In this document: positions 41,127 through 51,028 of the stretch, in pieces
How the letters are laid out: each line of letters opens with the position of its first letter
How positions within the stretch are numbered: the stretch's first letter is position 1
Origin: Nitrospirota bacterium
GTDB lineage: Bacteria > Nitrospirota > UBA9217
Direction: 5' to 3'
Assembly (NCBI GenBank): GCA_963840455.1
Contig: CAWIYV010000014.1
Coordinates: forward strand, 1 to 64,000
DNA: 64,000 bases
Position numbers and translations under genes: made by a program
The notes under the pieces: model-generated
Seen by the model: the letters and a program-made list of their open reading frames with translations, nothing else
The model's database searches: none
Told to the model about the DNA's origin: nothing

Positions 41127-42110
41127 ATGGCCCGGGGGAACAACGGATACTCCGAAAAAGAGCTTTTGCGCATGGTCCGGAAATGGGTCCCCCGCGACCG
41201 GGTGCCCAAGCGGTTGTGCATCAAGGACACTGCGGATTTTTTCCGCGTCGACTATGACGACATCATCGTGCTGGGCGGCGTGCCGTATTTCGTCCGGAAC
41301 AACGAACGCGAGGGCCGGTTCGGCCTCGAGGATGAGCCCAAGTTCTGGGTCAAGAGGTCGGTCAATCTCCAGACCGGCGAACTGAAGGTCCTGAAATGGG
41401 TCTTCAGGGAGCACTTCGAAGCGAAGATCGGGGACCTGGTGTTTGAATGTGTGCGGAGCCCGCAGAAGGAAGCGCGCATCCTGGAACTGGTCCGCGGCAG
41501 GGACGATTTCATGCAGGGGACGACCGAACAGGACTCAGCCGGACATCCCCTCCGTATCCTCGACTACATCCACGGAAGGACGCTCTCCCAGATCGTGCCC
41601 GCGCTTGGACAGGACCACGAGGATTTCTTTTACGATCATTTCCCCATCCTCCTCGATGAGTATGTCCGTATCGTGGAGGCGATCCGCTTCCTGCACCAGA
41701 GCGGCGAGAAGCACGGAGACATCCGGCGCGACCATCTGATCAAGGACGAGACCACGGGCAAGTACCGGTGGATCGACTACGACTTCAACTATCGCCACGG
41801 CGAGAGCAGGTTCGCCTACGACCTCTTCGGCCTGGGGAACATCCTCGTCTTCATCACCGGCAGGGGCGATGTGACCACAAACCGTCTGCTCCGGGACGCG
41901 CCGGACATGCTTGACCGGCTGACCGACGATGACGTGAACATTGTGTTCCACAACCGCGTCGCCAATCTCAAGAAGATCTATCCCTACATCCCGGAGAGAT
42001 TGAACCGGGTGCTCATGCATTTCTCCGCCGGCGCACAAGTGTATTACGAGACGACGGAAGAGCTGCTCACGGACCTCGGCGAGGCGTGGGAGGCGTTAGA
42101 GCGGAGGTAG
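41127..42110 (+). CDS. Protein kinase-like fold protein
   Basis: K.LK, E..IL, HGDIRRDH, WIDYD, DLFGLG. Confidence 0.75.
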   Translation: MARGNNGYSEKELLRMVRKWVPRDRVPKRLCIKDTADFFRVDYDDIIVLGGVPYFVRNNEREGRFGLEDEPKFWVKRSVNLQTGELKVLKWVFREHFEAKIGDLVFECVRSPQKEARILELVRGRDDFMQGTTEQDSAGHPLRILDYIHGRTLSQIVPALGQDHEDFFYDHFPILLDEYVRIVEAIRFLHQSGEKHGDIRRDHLIKDETTGKYRWIDYDFNYRHGESRFAYDLFGLGNILVFITGRGDVTTNRLLRDAPDMLDRLTDDDVNIVFHNRVANLKKIYPYIPERLNRVLMHFSAGAQVYYETTEELLTDLGEAWEALERR

Positions 42111-42244
42111 GACAAATTGTGGAATGCGGAATGCGGATTGCGGAATAAAAATGCGAACACGATCGAGATCGAGCACGGGGAAGGGTAACTTCAGACACGG
42201 AGACAAGGAGACGGGGGACAAGGGGACTAAAAAGGAGCGAAGCC

Positions 42245-42721
42245 ATGGATACGAAAAACAGCAGCCAGCCAAAGGACAAACATTTTCTTATCGCCGTGGA
42301 CGAATCGGAGAGCTCGAAGCGGGCCGTGCTGTACGTGGCGGACATCGTCGGCGGGTTCCCGGGTTTCGCCTTGACGCTGCTTTCGATCATCCCGGAGCCT
42401 GAGGAGGACTTCTTCGATTCCGAGGAGGAGCAGATCACCTGGACCAGGGAGAAGCTTGAGGCGGCGAACCGCATGCTCGAGAACTACCGCCAGGTCCTGA
42501 TCCACGCAGGATTCCCTCCGGAGAAGGTGCACATCCGGTCTTGTGTGGGCGAGGAAAAATCTTTCGCCGAAGCTATCCTCGATACGCGATGCGACCTGAC
42601 CTGCTGTACCGTGGTGGTCGGCCGCCACCATAAATCCAAAGCCGAAGAGTTCCTTTTCGGCAGCACCTCGACCAAGCTCATCCGTGAAGCCAAGAACTGC
42701 GCTGTGTGGGTGATTGAGTAG
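42245..42721 (+). CDS. Universal stress protein
   Basis: LIAVDESESS.RAV, VVVGR..FLFGSTS. Confidence 0.9.
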   Translation: MDTKNSSQPKDKHFLIAVDESESSKRAVLYVADIVGGFPGFALTLLSIIPEPEEDFFDSEEEQITWTREKLEAANRMLENYRQVLIHAGFPPEKVHIRSCVGEEKSFAEAILDTRCDLTCCTVVVGRHHKSKAEEFLFGSTSTKLIREAKNCAVWVIE

Positions 42722-42890
42722 AAAAGGTACATTCCCTGGTAAAATTACAGCTTTGCGTTCTCGCAAGTTCTACTCTCCGTTTGACACGGTAGCAGCCTCC
42801 GTTTATTATTTCCCGAACAAGGCCATGTATCGTCAGGGCGCCGGACAGCGCTGGGCCGCGGAGCTGTCTCCGACGGCTGCAAGGGGAGGC

Positions 42891-43409
42891 ATGATGAAAG
42901 ACTGCATGATGCTGACGGATAGGGCCTGCGACCGCGTTGTTGCCGCTTCGCTTGTCGTCCCGGCCATACTTCTGCCGGCACAGGCATGGGCGGCCCAGGT
43001 GGGCTGCTTCGTTACGGCCATGTTCCTGGGCATCATGTTCCTCGTGGGCCTGGGCATCACCGCATTCGCAAAGCACTTCCTCGCGAAATACGTATGGAAG
43101 GTCCCGAGAACGCCGTGGCTCAGGTTTTTCGGGATCACGTGGCTGGAGCTGTTGCTCGGCATCCTGGTCTTCGCTTTCGTCAGGACCAGTTTCTGGCTCA
43201 CGGTGCTGATCTACCTTCCCTTCGCCGCGCTCGTGAACCGGGCTCTCCTCGCCAGGCTCCGCGGCCCTGTTGACACACCGGCGACATTGCTTCAGCGGTA
43301 CGGGATCTTCCTGATCCTGCCCGCTGCGCTTCCGCTGTCCATCCAGGCATCCGGCGTTCTCTGGAGTGCTATCACGAACCTGATCACCTTCTCCGATCTG
43401 CATATGTAA
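42891..43409 (+). CDS. Membrane hypothetical protein
   Basis: Several hydrophobic segments; RBS ggagg. Confidence 0.65.
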   Translation: MMKDCMMLTDRACDRVVAASLVVPAILLPAQAWAAQVGCFVTAMFLGIMFLVGLGITAFAKHFLAKYVWKVPRTPWLRFFGITWLELLLGILVFAFVRTSFWLTVLIYLPFAALVNRALLARLRGPVDTPATLLQRYGIFLILPAALPLSIQASGVLWSAITNLITFSDLHM

Positions 43410-43625
43410 AAGGTATTGACGCAATCAACCGTCTTTTTCAGGGGCGAGCGCATTCCCTGCAGCTAAACTGCAGGGAGTTTCCATGAGGAAAAAGGACCGG
43501 ATCGCTCCAAATCCACCGCGACCGCGTCAGTCGCGGGGTTTATCAGCAGCATTTTTTTACGCATATTTTCGGCCTTGTTTCATGCCCTCCAAGTGCATCC
43601 AGCGCCATCAAACCCGCATGAAAAC

Positions 43626-43679
43626 AGACTAAATGTGGTGTCAGATTGGCCTTGACTCCACAATATGTTGTGGTATACT
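43626..43679 (+). promoter_or_regulatory. Tandem NrdR boxes overlapping a sigma70 promoter of nrdJ
   Basis: AGACTAAATGTGGTGT (43626) and CCACAATATGTTGTGG (43658), 32 bp apart; TTGACT-N16-TATACT. Confidence 0.75.
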
Positions 43680-43909
43680 TTCCTTCGTTATTTCCGAATA
43701 TTGCACGGTTCATCTGCAAGTTCCAGAAAGCCTTTCCTTCTTCTATTTCAAGCCAGGTGAGATGCAGCATATGACCGATGCCAGCAAGCCAGCGCTTCAT
43801 GCGAGAATCGTTCAGATCGTGTTCTATCCTGTCGTTTAGTAATCGAACCGGGGCGGTCACCATGACCGTCCCGCATTTATTTTGAATTTCATCCAAGGGG
43901 GCTTTATTT

Positions 43910-46267
43910 ATGAAAAGTGCGGTGTCCGCCGGGACGGCAACCGGTGCAGGTCTTCGGCTGTCCGAGAACAGCCTGAAGGTGCTGGAAAAGCGCTACCTCA
44001 AGCGGAACGAGGACGGCACCGTCGTCGAGACCGCCGTGGACATGTTCCAGCGCGTTGCCCGGACCATCGCGCAGGCCGATGCCAACTATGGCAAGACGCC
44101 TGACGTGATCGATAGGACGGCGCAGGAGTTCTACCGCATGATGACCTCGCTCGAGTTCCTGCCGAACAGTCCGACGCTCATGAACGCCGGCCGCGAGCTG
44201 GGCCAGCTGTCGGCGTGCTTTGTGCTGCCCGTGGGCGATTCCATGGACGAGATCTTCGAGTCCGTGAAGCACGCGGCCCTCATCCACAAGTCCGGCGGCG
44301 GCACCGGGTTCTCCTTTTCCCGCATCCGGCCGAGGAACGACGTGGTGAAGTCCACCAAGGGCGTCTCTTCGGGCCCCATCTCCTTCATGACCGTGTTCGA
44401 CGCGGCGACGGAGACGGTGAAGCAGGGCGGCACGCGCCGCGGCGCCAACATGGGCATCCTCTCGGTGGACCATCCCGACATCCTGGACTTCGTCACCTGC
44501 AAGCAGCAGAATGACCGCCTGAACAATTTCAACATCTCCGTGGCCTTCACCGACCCCTTCATGCAGGCCGTGGACAAGGACACGGAGTACGACCTGGTCT
44601 CACCGCGGAACAAGACCGTGGTCCGCAAGCTCAAGGCCCGGAAGGTCTTCGACACCATCGTGAACATGGCGTGGAGGAACGGCGACCCGGGCATCGTGTT
44701 CCTCGACCGCATCAACCAGTACAACCCGACGCCCCATATCGGCAGGATGGAGTCCACGAACCCCTGCGGCGAGCAGCCGCTCCTCCCCTACGAGTCCTGC
44801 AACCTGGGCTCCGTCAACCTGGCCACGATGGTGACGGTGAAGGACGGCAGGCCTGCCGTGGACTACGACAAGCTCCGCCACACGGTGCGCGAGGGCGTGC
44901 ATTTCCTCGACAACGTCATCGACGTGAACAAGTATCCCATCGAGAAGATCGCCGAGAACACCCGGGCCAACCGCAAGATCGGCCTGGGCGTCATGGGCTT
45001 CTCCGACATGCTCCTCCAACTCGGCATCCCCTACAACTCCGAGGAGGCGGTCCGGGTCGGCGGTTCCGTGATGCAGTTCCTCACCGAGGAAGGACGCAAG
45101 ATGAGCGAGGAGCTTGCTGCAGAGCGCAGCACCTTCCCGAACTTCAAGGGGAGCATCTACGACCGGCCCGGCCGGCGCCCGGTCCGGAACGCGACGGTCT
45201 CGACCATCGCCCCCACGGGGACCCTCTCCATCATCGCGGGCTGCTCCAGCGGCGTCGAGCCCCTCTTCGGCCTCACCTTCGTACGGCGGGTCCTGGACGG
45301 CGCTGAGCTGGTCGAGGTAAATCCAATCTTCGAAAAGGTCGCCCGGGAGCGCGGTTTCTTCTCCGACAGCCTCATGAAGGAGATCGCCGAGCACGGCGGG
45401 TGCACCGGTATCGCATCAGTGCCCGAGGACATCCAGCGCGTCTTCGTCACGGCCCACGACATCAGCCCCGAATGGCACGTCCGCATGCAGGCCGCGTTCC
45501 AGCAGTATACGGACAACGCCGTCTCCAAGACCGTGAACTTCCCGCACAGCGCCACAGCGAAGGACGTTGAGAAGGTGTACATGCTGGCCTACCAGCTCGG
45601 GTGCAAGGGGGTGACCATCTACCGCGACGGCTCTCGTGACGAACAGGTGCTCTCCACCGGCGCCACGGAGAAGGCGCGCAAGGCCGCCCAGCTGGCGGCC
45701 GCTGTCCTGGGTGTCCCGGCCGAGGAGAAGAAGCCGCGGAAGCGGCCGACCATGACCCACGGCGTCACCCAGAAGATCCCCACGGGATGCGGCAACCTCT
45801 ATATCACCATCAACGAGGACGAGGAGGGCATCTGCGAGGTCTTCTCGACCATGGGCAAGTCCGGCGGCTGCGCCTCCAGCCAGTCCGAGGCCGTCTCCCG
45901 CATGGTGTCGCTGGCGCTCCGGTCCGGCGTGTCCATCGACTCCATCATTCGTCAGGTGAAGGGCATCCGCTGCCCGTCGCCAGGATGGGGCGAGATGGGC
46001 AGGCAGATACTGTCCTGCCCCGACGCCATCGGCCTGGCCTTGGAGCGGTACAACAAGGACAATATGGGGCCCCGGAAGCAGAAGGATCTGCCTGTGGCAA
46101 CCGCGGAGGAGGTGCCGACGGTGCCCTACGTCTCCTCCGACTGCACGGCAGGAGAGAACACGAATCACCTGGGCCTTTGTCCCGAATGCCCGGACTGCGG
46201 CGGGCTTCTCGAGTTCGGCGAGGGCTGCGCGGTCTGCCGGGGGTGCGGATTCTCGAAGTGCGGGTAG
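43910..46267 (+). CDS. nrdJ: B12-dependent (class II) ribonucleotide reductase with C-terminal TSCPD/Zn-ribbon domain
   Basis: PNSPTLMNAG, LSACFV, QGGTRRGANM, TNPCGEQ, IAPTGT, SCPDAI, CPDC..CRGCGFSKC. Confidence 0.95.
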   Translation: MKSAVSAGTATGAGLRLSENSLKVLEKRYLKRNEDGTVVETAVDMFQRVARTIAQADANYGKTPDVIDRTAQEFYRMMTSLEFLPNSPTLMNAGRELGQLSACFVLPVGDSMDEIFESVKHAALIHKSGGGTGFSFSRIRPRNDVVKSTKGVSSGPISFMTVFDAATETVKQGGTRRGANMGILSVDHPDILDFVTCKQQNDRLNNFNISVAFTDPFMQAVDKDTEYDLVSPRNKTVVRKLKARKVFDTIVNMAWRNGDPGIVFLDRINQYNPTPHIGRMESTNPCGEQPLLPYESCNLGSVNLATMVTVKDGRPAVDYDKLRHTVREGVHFLDNVIDVNKYPIEKIAENTRANRKIGLGVMGFSDMLLQLGIPYNSEEAVRVGGSVMQFLTEEGRKMSEELAAERSTFPNFKGSIYDRPGRRPVRNATVSTIAPTGTLSIIAGCSSGVEPLFGLTFVRRVLDGAELVEVNPIFEKVARERGFFSDSLMKEIAEHGGCTGIASVPEDIQRVFVTAHDISPEWHVRMQAAFQQYTDNAVSKTVNFPHSATAKDVEKVYMLAYQLGCKGVTIYRDGSRDEQVLSTGATEKARKAAQLAAAVLGVPAEEKKPRKRPTMTHGVTQKIPTGCGNLYITINEDEEGICEVFSTMGKSGGCASSQSEAVSRMVSLALRSGVSIDSIIRQVKGIRCPSPGWGEMGRQILSCPDAIGLALERYNKDNMGPRKQKDLPVATAEEVPTVPYVSSDCTAGENTNHLGLCPECPDCGGLLEFGEGCAVCRGCGFSKCG

Positions 46268-46390
46268 AATCCCGGTTCGGAGATGAAGCCAAGGGAACGC
46301 CAGCACCAGGAAGTCGTATGACCGGAGGCCCCGTGACCATGCAGAGTTCCCTTCAGCTTCGTGATAACGAGCGTATACCATGATCTGAAC

Positions 46391-46421
46391 GGCCGGGAGT
46401 TGTTTCTCCCGGCCTTTTTTT
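46391..46421 (+). terminator. Intrinsic terminator
   Basis: ggccgggag..ctcccggcc followed by T-tract. Confidence 0.75.
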
Positions 46422-46482
46422 GCGTAGGAGGACGGGACCTGTGTCCCGTCACCACGCTATCTTGACGGCATAAGGAGGTTCC

Positions 46483-46674
46483 ATGACGCTCGACGAGGTT
46501 ATCCTGGAGCTGTACCGCCTGGCGGAGACCAGGGAGTGGGATGGCAAGGCCTCCGACGAGGCGCTGGCAGCGGCGATCGAGGGCATGGAGCAGATCTGGA
46601 CGCTCCGGCAGGCCGATATGCGCAGGACCGCCCGGGTCCAGGCCCTGAAAAAGCAGCCGAGGATATGGTCGTAG
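46483..46674 (+). CDS. Small hypothetical protein
   Basis: Strong RBS aaggaggt; 63 aa. Confidence 0.65.
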   Translation: MTLDEVILELYRLAETREWDGKASDEALAAAIEGMEQIWTLRQADMRRTARVQALKKQPRIWS

Positions 46675-46803
46675 CGGGCGTTGCCGCCCTGTTTTTCTGT
46701 GAAAATACTTGACATTTTCCGGTTCTGATTCTAAATTATTAATGAAAGTTCTTCTCCGCCAGGCGACGTTCCGGGCGGGCCACTTGATAAAGGAGGATAC
46801 GGG

Positions 46804-47130
46804 ATGGATACCGAACGGGTCAAGCAGTACGAGTGCAAGGTATGCGGCAGACGGATCGATGTGACCAGGGCCGGCGATGTCTACGAAGAGCCGATCTACT
46901 GCTGCGGTGTTCAGTCCGCCGAGGTAGGTGCCCCGGCAATGGTGCCGGCCGCCGCGTCCGCGAAGAAGAAACCGGCGAAGAAAAAAGCAGCGAAGAAGAA
47001 GGCCAAGAAGCCTGCTAAGAAGGCGGCGAAAAAGGCGAAGAAGAAACCGGCGAAGAAAAAGGCCGTGAAGAAGAAAACCGCCAGGAAGAAGACGGCGAAG
47101 AAGAAGGCTGTGAAGAAAAAGAAACGGTAA
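46804..47130 (+). CDS. Desulforedoxin-like metal site fused to a histone H1-like Lys/Ala tail
   Basis: YECKVCG..V......PIYCCG then KKPAKKK repeats; RBS aaggagg; terminator follows. Confidence 0.8.
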   Translation: MDTERVKQYECKVCGRRIDVTRAGDVYEEPIYCCGVQSAEVGAPAMVPAAASAKKKPAKKKAAKKKAKKPAKKAAKKAKKKPAKKKAVKKKTARKKTAKKKAVKKKKR

Positions 47131-47432
47131 CGTACCGGATCGCCAAGCAGGCCCCCTGACCGAGAGGTCCGGGGGCTTTTTTCGTCGGGGTCGCTGATCC
47201 AAAAACGGCATTTGACACTGATCAAATCGGATAGGTTCGGAAAACGGCGGATTCTTCATTGTCCGGCAGATGCGGACCCCCGCAGCAAGCTGCGGCGAAT
47301 GCGCTTTTTTCTCGATTTAACCTGCAGGACATGCTTTGCTAATCATGATGTTGATCCGCTTCTGACCGGTCTAAACGCTTTTTCGCTGTTCATGGGTATT
47401 TCACTTCGGGAGGGTCGGTCATCGAAAACGCC

Positions 47433-48200
47433 ATGCGGAACAGGGACGTCCGGGAACATCAGATCAGGCGGTTGACGGGGCAGGCGATCGGTGATTTTAG
47501 CCTGATCGGGGAGGGGGACCGCATCCTCGTGGCGCTGTCGGGCGGGAAGGACAGCTGGACCCTGCTGACCGTGCTGGAGTCCCTCCGGCGGAGGGCGCCG
47601 GTGGGCTTTACACTGGTCGCGGTCACGGTGCATCCCGGGTTCCCGGGCTTCTCAACGGAGGGGATAGAGTCCTATCTCCGAGATCAGGGGTTCGAACACC
47701 GGATCGTAGCCGCCCCGATCCACGACCTTATGCTGGACAAGCTCGGGCCTGATGATATTCCCTGCTCTCTGTGCTCCCGGATCAAACGCGGCGTGCTGTA
47801 CACCCAGGCGATGGAGCTGGGATGCACCAAGATCGCCCTCGGCCATCACCGCGACGATTTCATTGAGACACTGCTGCTGAACCAGTTCTACAACGGCAGG
47901 ATCAAGGCCATGGCCCCGCTGCTGCGCGCCGACGACGGCCGCAATGTGGTCATCCGGCCCCTCGTCTACGTGCCCGAGGAGGACATCATCGCCTACGCCG
48001 GGGAGGCGGGCTTTCCCGTCACCTGCTGCGCCTGCCCCGCCTGCGGCGATCCGGACCAGAAGCGGGTGAGGATCAAGAAGCTCCTTGCCGGCCTGGAAGA
48101 GGAGCACCCCGGGATCAAGGCGAGCCTGCTCGCGGCCCTGGGCGACGTGGACCACCGGCACCTCCTGGTGCGCGAGCGGGAACGGTCGCGCATCGAATGA
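47433..48200 (+). CDS. ttcA: tRNA 2-thiocytidine biosynthesis protein TtcA
   Basis: SGGKDS, CSLCSR..RG.LY, GHHRDD, IRPL, CPAC. Confidence 0.92.
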   Translation: MRNRDVREHQIRRLTGQAIGDFSLIGEGDRILVALSGGKDSWTLLTVLESLRRRAPVGFTLVAVTVHPGFPGFSTEGIESYLRDQGFEHRIVAAPIHDLMLDKLGPDDIPCSLCSRIKRGVLYTQAMELGCTKIALGHHRDDFIETLLLNQFYNGRIKAMAPLLRADDGRNVVIRPLVYVPEEDIIAYAGEAGFPVTCCACPACGDPDQKRVRIKKLLAGLEEEHPGIKASLLAALGDVDHRHLLVRERERSRIE

Positions 48201-48266
48201 TGGCGCACGGTCCCGCGTGGGGGCCCCGGCGGAAAAGGACCGCGAAAATTTCCACAGTCGTCCGTA

Positions 48267-48548
48267 TTGAAGCTCGCCTTTGAAGCTCCCTGCAGCAAGC
48301 TACAGGGGACCTTCGATCCTCAGGGGAGGATGGTTATCCTGATCGCTCGCTGACCCCCTGCACTCGCGGTTCCACTCGTAAACGCGAGGGGCAAGACCCC
48401 GCAGCAGGCTGCGGGGAATGCGCTCGCTCCTGGATTTAAGCTCCCAGAAGATTACTGCATGGAGCTTCGATCCTCAGGGTTAAACGATTATCCTAATCGC
48501 TTGCTAACCCCGCAGCAAGCTGCGGGGAATGCGCTCGCTCCTGGATTT
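48267..48548 (-). repeat. Cluster of REP-hairpin elements, full form of the 86-bp family
   Basis: ccccgcagcaagctgcggggaatgcgctcgctcctggattt twice; ggagcttcgatcctcaggg. Confidence 0.88.
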
Positions 48549-48667
48549 ACCGCTTGATGCTCCTAATCCTCTATGTGTTTGACAATGTCCTGATGAGTGG
48601 AATATAATCAACTCATCCTGGACAGGCAGGACAGCTGTTGTTATACAGGATCTTATGGAGGGACCTT

Positions 48668-49351
48668 ATGGCAGAACGAAAAAAACTGGGAATCCTCCTC
48701 AAGGAGGCCGGCCTGATCGACGAAAACCAGCTCGCGGCTGCGTTGTCGCACCAGCATCACTGGGGCGGAAAGCTCGGCTCCATCATCGCTGAGCTGGGGT
48801 TCACCCGGGAAGAGGACATCGCACGGATCATCTCCGAGACCATGGGGGTCCCCCATGTGAACCTTTTCGAGCCGGAGATATCCCCCGATGTCATCAAGCT
48901 TATCAAGGCGGACATGGCCAAGAAATTCGGCGTCGTCCCGGTCAAGAAGGAGGCCAATGCGCTGACCCTTGCCATGTCGGACCCTTTGGACATCGAGACC
49001 ATGGACAATGTCCGGTTCATCACCGGCCTGACCATCAAGCCGGTCCTGGCCATGGCAGTGGAGATCAAGGACGCCATCCGGAAATACTATGACGGCGAGG
49101 AGGTCACGCGGAAGTCCTCGGACCAATTCCGCGAAACAGCGATGAATGTGGAGATCGTGCGCGAGGTCCCGAACATTGCCACGACGGAATGGAACCAGCA
49201 GACCCAGCAGCAGGACTCCCAATCGCTCCAGCAGGCCATGGCCACCCAGAAGACAGTTCTCGATGCCCTCGTTTCCATCCTCATCGAGAAGGAGATCATA
49301 ACCCGCGGCGAAATCGCGAAGTTCATCGAGCAGAAGAAGTTGGGGCTGTAG
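48668..49351 (+). CDS. Stand-alone MshEN (T2SSE N-terminal) domain protein
   Basis: KLG.LL.EAGLI...QL..AL.HQ; LAMSDPLD; no ATPase domain. Confidence 0.85.
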   Translation: MAERKKLGILLKEAGLIDENQLAAALSHQHHWGGKLGSIIAELGFTREEDIARIISETMGVPHVNLFEPEISPDVIKLIKADMAKKFGVVPVKKEANALTLAMSDPLDIETMDNVRFITGLTIKPVLAMAVEIKDAIRKYYDGEEVTRKSSDQFRETAMNVEIVREVPNIATTEWNQQTQQQDSQSLQQAMATQKTVLDALVSILIEKEIITRGEIAKFIEQKKLGL

Positions 49352-49430
49352 GAAGTTCGGAGCGGGACCTGGAGGGGAGCTGTCGGCGTCAGCGTCAGAG
49401 CTGTCCGGGGAGAACAGGGAGAGGAAGCGT

Positions 49431-49847
49431 ATGCACATGAACAAGGTCGGTATTTCGGTGCTCGTCCTGGCAGCGGTAGTGCTCGCCGGGAGCGTCTCCG
49501 CTGGCGAACGCCAGGGACCGAGGATCTCGGTGAAGGACGCCAGGTTCGATTTCGGCATGGTGAGCCAGGGAACTCAAGCCGAGCATATTTTCGAGATCAA
49601 GAACACCGGCGATGAGCTCCTGGAGATCACGCAGATACAACCTACCTGAGGGTGCACGGCGGGGCTGGTCAGTTCGGACCGGCTGGAACCAGGGGCAACG
49701 GCACAGTTGAAGGTCTCCGTGGACACGGCAGGCAGGTCGGGGCACATGACGAAGCATGTGACGATCCGTTCCAACGACCGGGTGACGCCTGCGATACCGG
49801 TGACCGTGATGCTCACGGTGACGGCGGATACAGCGGGCCAGAAGTAG
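49431..49847 (+). CDS. DUF1573-like secreted protein, predicted selenoprotein (U-G-C)
   Basis: FDFG..H.F.I.N.G..L.I..PT-TGA(49647)-GCT..LEPG..K.VTI.SND; frame open to TAG at 49845; SECIS-like hairpin 49664-49683. Confidence 0.8.
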
Positions 49848-49981
49848 AAGGCCCGCATGCCCGGGGACGTCCCGGCGGACAACAGGCGGGGAAACGAGGA
49901 GGCCGGCAGAGAAAACTCTGCCGGCCTTTGATGTTTGGCGGCTATGTTCACGCCCGGCCCGAGGATCGGCTGGGGCACGGA

Positions 49982-51028
49982 TCAGGGCTTGTTCGAATCG
50001 GACTGCTGGTCCACTTCAGCGTACACGAGACCGGTGATGTCCCGGATGACCCGGGCGAGGCTCCGGAAGTCGCTCCCCAGCGCGGTGATGCCGAGAAGGA
50101 ACGGCCTCTCGGGGTGATAGATGATGCCGAATTCGTGGAGCTGCAGCACCTCGGAGGGCGCGCCGTCAGCATCCGGTGCTGGGATGATCCGCTCTCCTGC
50201 CTTGCTCGCGAGGCTGACCTCGGGCGGGATGCCCGCGGCCATGCCGTCGCGGAACACCGACCGGGCGAGATAGCGGAGCGCTTTTTCGGACATTTCCTCG
50301 TTCAGGTACGATGCATTGAAGAGGACGCGGAAATAGGAGGCGTAGGCACTGAGCGTCAGCGAATCCTCTTTCTTTTCGGGATCGTAGTTCATATAGAGGT
50401 CCCGGGAGGTCCGGAGCAGATTAGCAGGCGGCATGTTCGCCAGAAGCAGGGCGTAGGCGCTGTTGTCGCCGTAGGCGGTCATCCGGAAGAGAAGCTCGTT
50501 CACCGTATATTCTTTTCCCGGCTCAAGCGGCTTCGGCGATCTCAGGTAGCGCGGCTCGAAGGGCCCGCCGACGCCGCGATAGAAGATCTTCTTTCTGAGG
50601 ACGAGGGGATTGGTCTCGGACCACTTGAAATAGGCGATCAGGAGCGGGATCTTGAGCTGGCTTTCGGGCGAGAACTTCTCGTTCTCCCTGATGCCGAACC
50701 AGTTGCCGTTGTCCAGGTCGCGGAAGTAGACCGAGACCGCCGTTGCCTCGTCGCTGTCGAGCTTTTCCTGGATCAGCGCGTCCACCTTGTAGCGGAACGG
50801 CTTCAGTTCGCGGATCTTGCGCAGGTCGGGGTTCGTCTTGGTGATGATAGGTCGGATAAAGGCGAAGTCCTCACCGGGAGACGAACGCTGGACAATACGT
50901 TCGTTCTGTCCTGCATAGAACAGCCAGGTGCCCCTGCCCAAAAAGATCCCCAGGGCAAAGGCCCCGGCGATCACGACCCAGAGGATCGATCGGTTGATCG
51001 TTATGTTCTTTTTCGGGGTCTTTTCCAT
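49982..51028 (-). CDS. Membrane-anchored serine hydrolase, class A beta-lactamase-like fold
   Basis: VYFRDL, SxxK (SQLK), GDN, KAG, HEFGIIY.P.RP. Confidence 0.8.
   Translation of the reverse strand: MEKTPKKNITINRSILWVVIAGAFALGIFLGRGTWLFYAGQNERIVQRSSPGEDFAFIRPIITKTNPDLRKIRELKPFRYKVDALIQEKLDSDEATAVSVYFRDLDNGNWFGIRENEKFSPESQLKIPLLIAYFKWSETNPLVLRKKIFYRGVGGPFEPRYLRSPKPLEPGKEYTVNELLFRMTAYGDNSAYALLLANMPPANLLRTSRDLYMNYDPEKKEDSLTLSAYASYFRVLFNASYLNEEMSEKALRYLARSVFRDGMAAGIPPEVSLASKAGERIIPAPDADGAPSEVLQLHEFGIIYHPERPFLLGITALGSDFRSLARVIRDITGLVYAEVDQQSDSNKP

Noticed and set aside
43680-43909. Cobalamin riboswitch upstream of nrdJ
   Set aside because: No recognisable B12-box motifs; NrdR boxes explain regulation.
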